Source: the human T2T-CHM13v2.0 reference genome, Homo sapiens. From it: a stretch of 64,000 nucleotides of DNA. Both the position numbers and the translations under genes were made by a program. Below, one piece after another: positions 55,248 to 64,000 of this stretch (position 1 is the stretch's first letter; the number at the start of each line of letters is the position of its first letter). The stretch lies in the NCBI RefSeq assembly GCF_009914755.1, contig NC_060927.1; one strand, written 5' to 3'. The notes beneath the pieces were generated by a model. That model ran no database searches. It had not been told where the DNA came from and saw only the letters and a list, made by a program, of their open reading frames with translations.

Positions 55248-55600
55248 TGTGGTGGAAGATGTTGTTGCCGACCCAGATCCCTTTTACCAGCATTTTCACC
55301 CGATTTACAGCTGCTGTGAGTGTTACTCCCATATCTCAAGAATTACCCATAATTAGGTAAATGTAACTCTGGCCCTCTTTTCCCAAGATCTGACTAACTC
55401 TGAAAGATTTTTGCTCCAGAGCTTTCCCTGTGAGATCAGCTAGAGCTTAGTATTCAGCTGAGACCACATTTTTGCTTAGCTTTTCCCTCTACTTGTTTCC
55501 TTCAAATACCCTTTCGAAAGGACAGTGCCTCTAATAAATCACTTGAATTTGATTCCCAACCTCAGGCTTTGCTTTTAGGAAACACAATCAAAGAGAGACA
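55248..55600 (+). mobile_element. ERVL LTR16-like solo LTR
   Basis: 'cccagatccctttta', 'gctccagagctttccctgtgagatcagct', 'aataaatcacttg...ctcaggctttgcttttaggaaac'. Confidence 0.6.
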
Positions 55601-55601
55601 T

Positions 55602-55740
55602 CAGGGCTTGCGCAGAGACATGTAACCTGTGCAGGCTGACAGGACCTTGTTCTTGGTTTGATGTTCTGCTTTTGCTTTGTTAAAATTCCTAATTTTTGAG
55701 CAAAAAGTATCTCATTTTCATTTTGCACTTGGTCCTGCTT
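55602..55740. mobile_element. MER91-like hAT fragment
   Basis: 'cagggc...ttggtttgatgttctgct...aaattcctaatttttgagcaa...cattttcattttgcacttggtcc'. Confidence 0.5.
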
Positions 55741-55934
55741 ACATCAAAGTCTAAAATCTTAAAAAATACTATATAGATCTACACATGTAATGAATCAAGT
55801 TGTCAGCTGAGAGTTAGCAGCATTGGATTCTTTTTAACTTAGTTGATATTAGTAAAAAAAAAAACAGCTTGAAACAAGCAGTATGCATAAGGAGAACACA
55901 CGAATCACATAGATATAAAATATATATTAGGGCA

Positions 55935-56495
55935 TGTATTAGTCAGGGTTATCCAGAAGGACAGGATTAATAGCAGATATATATATATGAAGGGGAGTTT
56001 ATTAGGAAGTATTGACGCATATGATCACAAGACAAAGTCCCACGACAGGCCGTCTGCAAGCTGAGGAGCAAGGAAGCCAGTGGTGGATCAGTCTCAGACC
56101 CAAAACCTCAAAAGTAGGGAACCTGACAGTACAGCCTTCAGTCTGTGGCCAAAGGCCCAAGAGCCCCTGGCAAAGAACTGGTGTAGGTCCAAAAGTCCAA
56201 AAGCTGAAGACCTTGGAGTCTGATGTTGGAGAGCAGGAAGCATCCAGCACAGGGGAAAGACGGAGGCTGGAAGACTTTGCCAGTCTAGTCTGTCCACATT
56301 CCTCTGCCTGCTTTTATTCTACCCACACTGGCAGATGGTTAGATGGTGCCCACCCAGACTGAGGGTGGGCCTGCCTTTCCCACTCCACTGACTCAAGTGT
56401 ACATCTCTTTTGGCAATACCTTCACAGACACCTAAAGGAACAATACTTTGCATCCTTCAATCCAATCAAGTTGATACTCAATATTAACCATCACA
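55935..56495 (-). mobile_element. MLT2B-like solo LTR
   Basis: tgtattagtcagggt...attaaccatcaca termini; TSD g(g/a)gca. Confidence 0.92.
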
Positions 56496-58441
56496 GAGCA
56501 CCTAAAAATTCCAAAGAAACTCTGTGAATCAGCAAGGGTCAAGTCTTACATGGATGGCTTCATTTTCCCAGCTCAGTAGAGACATCCAAGTTATAGAAAC
56601 TCTAAGGAGGAAGAGGCCATAATTGGAAAGTTTGGTTGCTTCCTACCATTTACGCGAAGATGGCTGTGTATTCCTTGTTATTTAATGGAGCCTTTTCCAG
56701 CTCAGGGTACGTTCCACAAAAGGAAAGTCAAGCTTTTTTAAAGGCTGCAACCAGAGCTGAATTAACATAGATCTTCCTGGAAGAAAATAATCAACCTTCG
56801 GTAGAGGATGAGAACTTTAACAAGAAAATAAAATTAACAAACACAAACTCAGAGAGCTTTGGAGAAGGGCACACTCACTGTGCATACATTGCATTGCATT
56901 TGAGAGTTAGCATCTCAGGATACTCAGTTAAAAATAGTTAGCATGGCTTTCCCCCACTTTCTTGGAGATGTGTGCAGGGAGGAAAGAAGCACTCTTACTG
57001 AGTAAGAAAACAGATTCACAGATCTACAGGATGACAAGAGGAGAAACGTAGGCCAATTATATTTTGATTGATAAACTCTACTGAATTGCCCTTATTTTAT
57101 CTCTCACTTTCCAATAGTCCTGGGAGCTAAAGTATATCTTTAGTTTTTCAGGTGTGTGTATGTGTAGAAGGAAAACATTTGAGGATGCAGAGAGGTAAAT
57201 CATCACTTTGAAGAAACAAAAGAAGTGTACATAATATTATTAAATATAACTGTTTACATTTTCTTTCTAAAATAGAAACTATAGTTCATATCATCAAATG
57301 ATCAAAGTTGAGTAAGATAGAGCAAAAAAGAAGCTGTAGAATCTCCATTTAATTAGAAGAGAGTGTCTGATCCCTGGACACTCACCAGGGAACTGAACCT
57401 TGAACTTCCTTTTCTCCAGTTTCTCTCCAAAGCCTGACTGTAAGTCATTAATATTTGAAAAAGACAGGCTAAGGATCATACTGGTCATTCATATAAAACT
57501 AACCCATGTGTCAAAAGTTTAAGATTCTCTTGTTTAATGGCAAGGGTATGATGGTTTTACCACCTACTAACTGTAGTAAAAGGGAACAATAATCCTACCT
57601 TGTAAGAAATCATAAAGATTAGGGATAATGCATGCAACATGCTGGCCCCACTTCTGTGGTACTAGAATAGTTCAATAAAAAAAAAACTGACAATCTTCAT
57701 CAGAAAATTATATTCCTAAATCTCAGCAGTTTAGTCATCAGAGAAAGGCTATTAAAAAGCAATGTTTTCATGTTTGACATCAGTTTTTGTTAGGGATTAT
57801 CATAAAACGTATTCATAAGAATTATGGATATTATGAAAAATATAGTTGAAGACCTTGTCCTTTATGTTGTATAATCATTAACTCTAATTTTAAAAACCTA
57901 GGTAAATTGCATTGAGCTTAGCATCAGAAAATGTTTTCCTATCTTCACTTGAATTTTATAAGTGAGATTCAGCATTTACTTTTTTTTTTTTTTAATTTGG
58001 TTGCCAGGGAGGCCAGAACTAAACTAAATATAGTATTAGCCTTGATCTCTTCAACCCTGTGTGGGTTTTTAGTCTTGCTTTATATTTTTATTTTAAGAAT
58101 TACTTAAAATCTTTTTATCACCACCGCTATATTACTGTAAAACAACTACTCCAACTGCTTTGGTGACGACTACTATCCTGTGCAGCATAGTAATTTACCA
58201 GATACAAAGTAGCCACGTGTATTATTTCATTATGGTTTCATAACCACCATATAATATGGTCAATATTCTTATTATCAGCCTCAATTTCGTAGTGAGCAGT
58301 AAAGTTCAAGAAACAACTTGACCTATAGGTAAAGTAGGAATACGAAGTCAGTATTTTTGTCTTTAAGTCCTGGGTTATTTTTGAGACATAATTAAAAATC
58401 TTTGTTAGAAGTAGTCTGGGTATAACATAAAAGCTTTGTAC

Positions 58442-60434
<1,993 letters not shown>

Positions 60435-61132
60435 TAAAAAGTCAGGAAACAACAGGTGCTGGAGAGGATGTGGAGAAATAGGAACACTTTTACACTGTTG
60501 GTGGGACTGTAAACTAGTTCAACCATTGTGGAAGTCAGTGTGGTGATCCCTCAGGGATCTAGAACTAGAAATACCATTTGACCCAGCCATCCCATTACTG
60601 GGTATATACCCAAAGGATTATAAATCATGCTGCTATAAAGACACATACACACGTATGTTTATTGAGGCGCTATTCACAATAGCAAAGACTTGGAACCAAC
60701 CCAAATGTCCAACAATGATAGACTGGACTGAGCAAATGTGGCACATATACACCATGGAATACTATGCAGCCATAAAAAATGATGAGTTCATGTCCTTTGT
60801 AGGGACATGGATGAAGCCGGAAACCATCATTCTCAGCAAACTATCGCAAGGACAAAAAACCAGACACAGCATGTTCTCACTCATAGGTGGGAATTGAACA
60901 ATGAGAACACATGGACACAGGAAGGGGAACATCACACACCAGGGACTATTGTGGGGTGGGGGTAGGGGGGAGGGATAGCATTAGGAGATATACCTAATGC
61001 TAAATGACGAGTCAATGGGTGCAGCACACCAACATGGCACATGTATACATATGTAACAAACCTGCACATTGTGCACATGTACCCTAAAACTTAAAGTATA
61101 ATAAAATAAAAATAATTAAATAAATAAATAAA
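60435..61132 (+). mobile_element. L1PA sense 3' segment (ORF2 C-terminus, 3' UTR, A-rich tail)
   Basis: 'aaaaagtcaggaaacaacaggtgctgg'; peptide ...MFSLIGGN*; second 3' UTR. Confidence 0.95.
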
Positions 61133-61204
61133 CATAGGAGAAAAGCTCCTTGACATTGGCTTTGGCAATGATTTTTTGGATATTACATCAAAAAAAAAAA
61201 AAAA
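61133..61204 (+). other. Probable L1 3' transduction (57 bp of older-L1-like sequence) with second poly(A)
   Basis: Lies between the L1 tail and an A15 run that is followed by the TSD-like aaaatctttgta. Confidence 0.75.
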
Positions 61205-61292
61205 TCTTTGTAGGGTAAAGGGGAATGTTTTCCTCTGTTTTGATTCCTCACGTCCTGCCCAGAATGTAAATATTCGTGTGACTTGTAAAAGT

Positions 61293-61321
61293 TGTGTGTG
61301 TGTGTGCGTGTGTGTGTGTGT
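61293..61321. repeat. (TG)n microsatellite
   Basis: tgtgtg...gcgtgtg. Confidence 0.9.
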
Positions 61322-61664
61322 TTGATGTTTATTTATTCTTTGCTTTCCCTAGAAGCATGCAGCTTTTGTAGTGACTAATGACATTCTGCCTGTAAAGCTG
61401 GGTGATAATCTCTTGGGAAGTATTTAGCACAGACACCTCCACCTATTAAACTTTCAATAAATATGAGTGTCATTTCTAGATACCATGTTGGGGGTGGTAC
61501 TGGACTCATCTTTTGCCTTGTTCAAAATGAATTTGAAGTTGAACTTAGTTACTTAATTAATCTGACAACAGTTCAATTAGGCAGGTAATCATTCCTATTA
61601 TGCACAGGAGGAAATTAGGCCTGAGAGTTAATCCTTGGATAGAATTGATTTTTTGTTGCTGTTG

Positions 61665-62511
61665 ATAGGAAAAAGCACGTCATTCCCTCAACACCTTGCT
61701 TCAAAATATCTTTAACTAAATATCCAGTTTCTTCTCTCACAATTTCTACCTTACATGAACAGATAGAACACATTTCAGCCATGTTCTTTGCAACTTTATG
61801 ACAAAGATCACCTTTCCTTCAGTTTCCAGTAACATGTTTCTCATTTTTGTCTGAAATTTTAACAGAACTGTCTTTAACATTCATATTTCTATAAATATTC
61901 TGTTCATGAAAATATATGTATTCTCTAAAATGATAAAGGCCTTTTCTATAGCTTTCCTCTTTTCTTCTTGAGCCCTCGCTTGAATCACCTTTTAATGTGC
62001 ATATTTATACCAAAAAGTACTTCTGGAAATCTAAGCTTTTGTTCTAGCATGGACCTCAAAACACTTTCAGCCTCGGTCATCTCCTAGTTACAACGTCACT
62101 TCCACATTGTTAATGTATTTTTAATAGCGGCATCCCACTTCTTCAGTGCCAATTTTTTTTGGTCTTCTTGGCCTGCCATAACAAAATGCCACGGACTACA
62201 TGGCTTAGCCATCAGAAATTTATTTTCTCATCTCAAAGTTTTGGAGGATGAAAAGTCCAAAATCAAGGTTGCAGCAGGTTTTGGTTTTAGGAAAGGGCTC
62301 TTTTCCTGGCTTGAAGACGGCTGCATGGGGAGATAAATCCCTCACCCCTCCTCTTTTTATAAGACAACCAGTTTTATCTGATCAAGGTCTCACCTTTATG
62401 ATCTCATTTAATTTTCATCACATCCTAAAGGTCCTTTCTTCACATATAGTAACGTTAAGGGTTAGGAGAGAGGCATGTAAATATTTTGGAAACACAATCC
62501 AATCCATAGCA
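61665..62511 (-). mobile_element. MLT1B-like LTR (~62155-62511) with adjoining MaLR internal sequence
   Basis: Internal 'cacttccacatt...gcatcccacttcttcagtgccaattt' abuts LTR 'ctgccataacaaaatgccac...acacaatccaatccatagca'. Confidence 0.75.
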
Positions 62512-64000
62512 ACATCCTTTAGTATTTCTTTAAAGTAGATTTGCTAGTTACAATTTCTTTTGGCTTTTGTTTATCTTGGAATGTCTTGATTACTGCTTCA
62601 TTTTTGAAATACTGTCTTCCTGGCTATATGATTCTTGTCTGACAGTGTTGGGTTAGGGTTTTTGTTGTTGTTGTTGTTGTTGTTATTGTTGGCAATTTAA
62701 ATAGATCACACCAGCTTCATTTGTCCTGCGTAGTTTCAGATGACGGGATAGCTATTAATCCTGTTGGGGTTTCTTTATTCATAATGCATCATTTTCTCTT
62801 GCTGTTTTCATGATTTTACCTTTGGCTTTTATATTTTCGATTGTTATGTGTGTTTTTTGTGGGTCACTTTATGTTTAGCCTAACAGGAGCTGATTGAACT
62901 TGTTAAATGCCAGCAATACACTTTTTCATAAAATTTGTAAAGTTTTCAGCTTTTAGTTCTCTGCATAAACTTCCTGTTTCTCTATTTCTATATTCTTCTC
63001 TGGAAATCTCATTACATGTATGTTGCTACATTTAATGTAACCTCACATTTTTCCTAGCCTCGGTTTGTGTATTTTCATTCCATTTTCTCTCTTTTCTTTA
63101 CTTTATGTTTATTATGTTATTATTATTATTATTTGAGACAGAATCTTGCTCTGTTGCCCAGGCTGGAGTGTAGTGCCATGACCTTGGCTCACTGCAACCT
63201 CCTCTGCCTCCTGGGTTAAAGCAATTCTCATAACTCAGCCTCCCGAGTAGCTGGGACTACAGGTGTGCACCACCATGCCCAGGTAATTTTTGTATGTTTT
63301 GTAGAGACAGGGTTTCACTTTGTTGGCCATGGTAGTCTCGAACTCCTGGCCTCAAGTGATCTGCCCATCTAAGCCTCCCAAAGTGCTGGGATTACATGCA
63401 TGAGTCACCCCACCAGGCTCCTTTCTTTTCTTTAGATTGTAAAATATGTACTTATCTATTCACAAGTTCACTATTTTTTTCCTAGAGCTTGAATCTACTG
63501 TTGAATCTCTGGTGATTTTCATTTTGGTTATTGTACATTTCTATTTCAGACTTCCATTTGGTTTATTTTTATAGTTTTTTTATATGCATTGATATTGTGT
63601 ATTTGATGAGACATTGCCATCATATCTCTATTTTTTAGATAAGGCCTCTTTTCCTTTTTTTTTTTTTTTCTATATTCAACATCTCAACTCCTTGAAAGCC
63701 AGTTCCTATTGACTGATCTTCTCTGCCCCGTCTAGTATATGTGGTCATATTTCCATTTCCTTCCATGTCTCCTAAGGTTTTTGCAGAAAACGGGACTATA
63801 TTATTTAAAATAATATATTGTAGCAACTCTGAATAGTTACACGCTACCCATCACCACTACCACCATGGCTGGTTGTTGTTATCTTCATTATTTATTTTTT
63901 TAGTGACTTACCTGAACTAATTGTGTGAGGTTTATTCTTTTTGCACTGTGCAGCCTCTGATGTTGCTACTAAGATTTGTTTTGTTTTGTTTTCAACTTTT
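62512..64000 (-). mobile_element. Old L1M fragment (ORF1 region) interrupted by an Alu
   Basis: 'gcttttgtttatcttggaatgtcttgat...ctggctatatgattctt', 'ttccatttggtttatttttatag'. Confidence 0.65.
63100..63419 (-). mobile_element. Alu (AluSx/Jb-like) with (TTA)n tail
   Basis: Antisense dimer ending ccaggct. Confidence 0.93.

Overview
AT-rich primate (human or great-ape-like) genomic DNA with no recognisable host protein-coding exon, RNA gene or classical CpG island. It reads as gene desert or deep intron. Roughly half is transposon-derived: about 13 Alu/FLAM copies, old L1M/L2/MIR fragments, many MaLR/ERVL/ERV1 solo LTRs (several nested, with TSDs), a decayed ERVL pol/dUTPase remnant (~39.6-41.9 kb) and a 5'-truncated HERV-H provirus with only its 3' LTR7-family LTR (26.7-32.0 kb). 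The most unusual object is a composite young L1PA insertion at 58.4-61.2 kb. It combines a twin-primed inversion, a ~1.6 kb internal gap, a second differently-aged L1 3' end sitting at the inversion junction, and a short 3' transduction. It retains an uninterrupted 549-codon ORF2 N-terminus whose recognisable endonuclease catalytic motifs are intact. A CpG-retaining Alu inside a MER50-like LTR (~41.9-43.3 kb) suggests a locally unmethylated regulatory patch. Subfamily names come from remembered consensus sequences, not a RepeatMasker run, and boundaries of old repeats are approximate. I found no evidence for a wholly new gene system.
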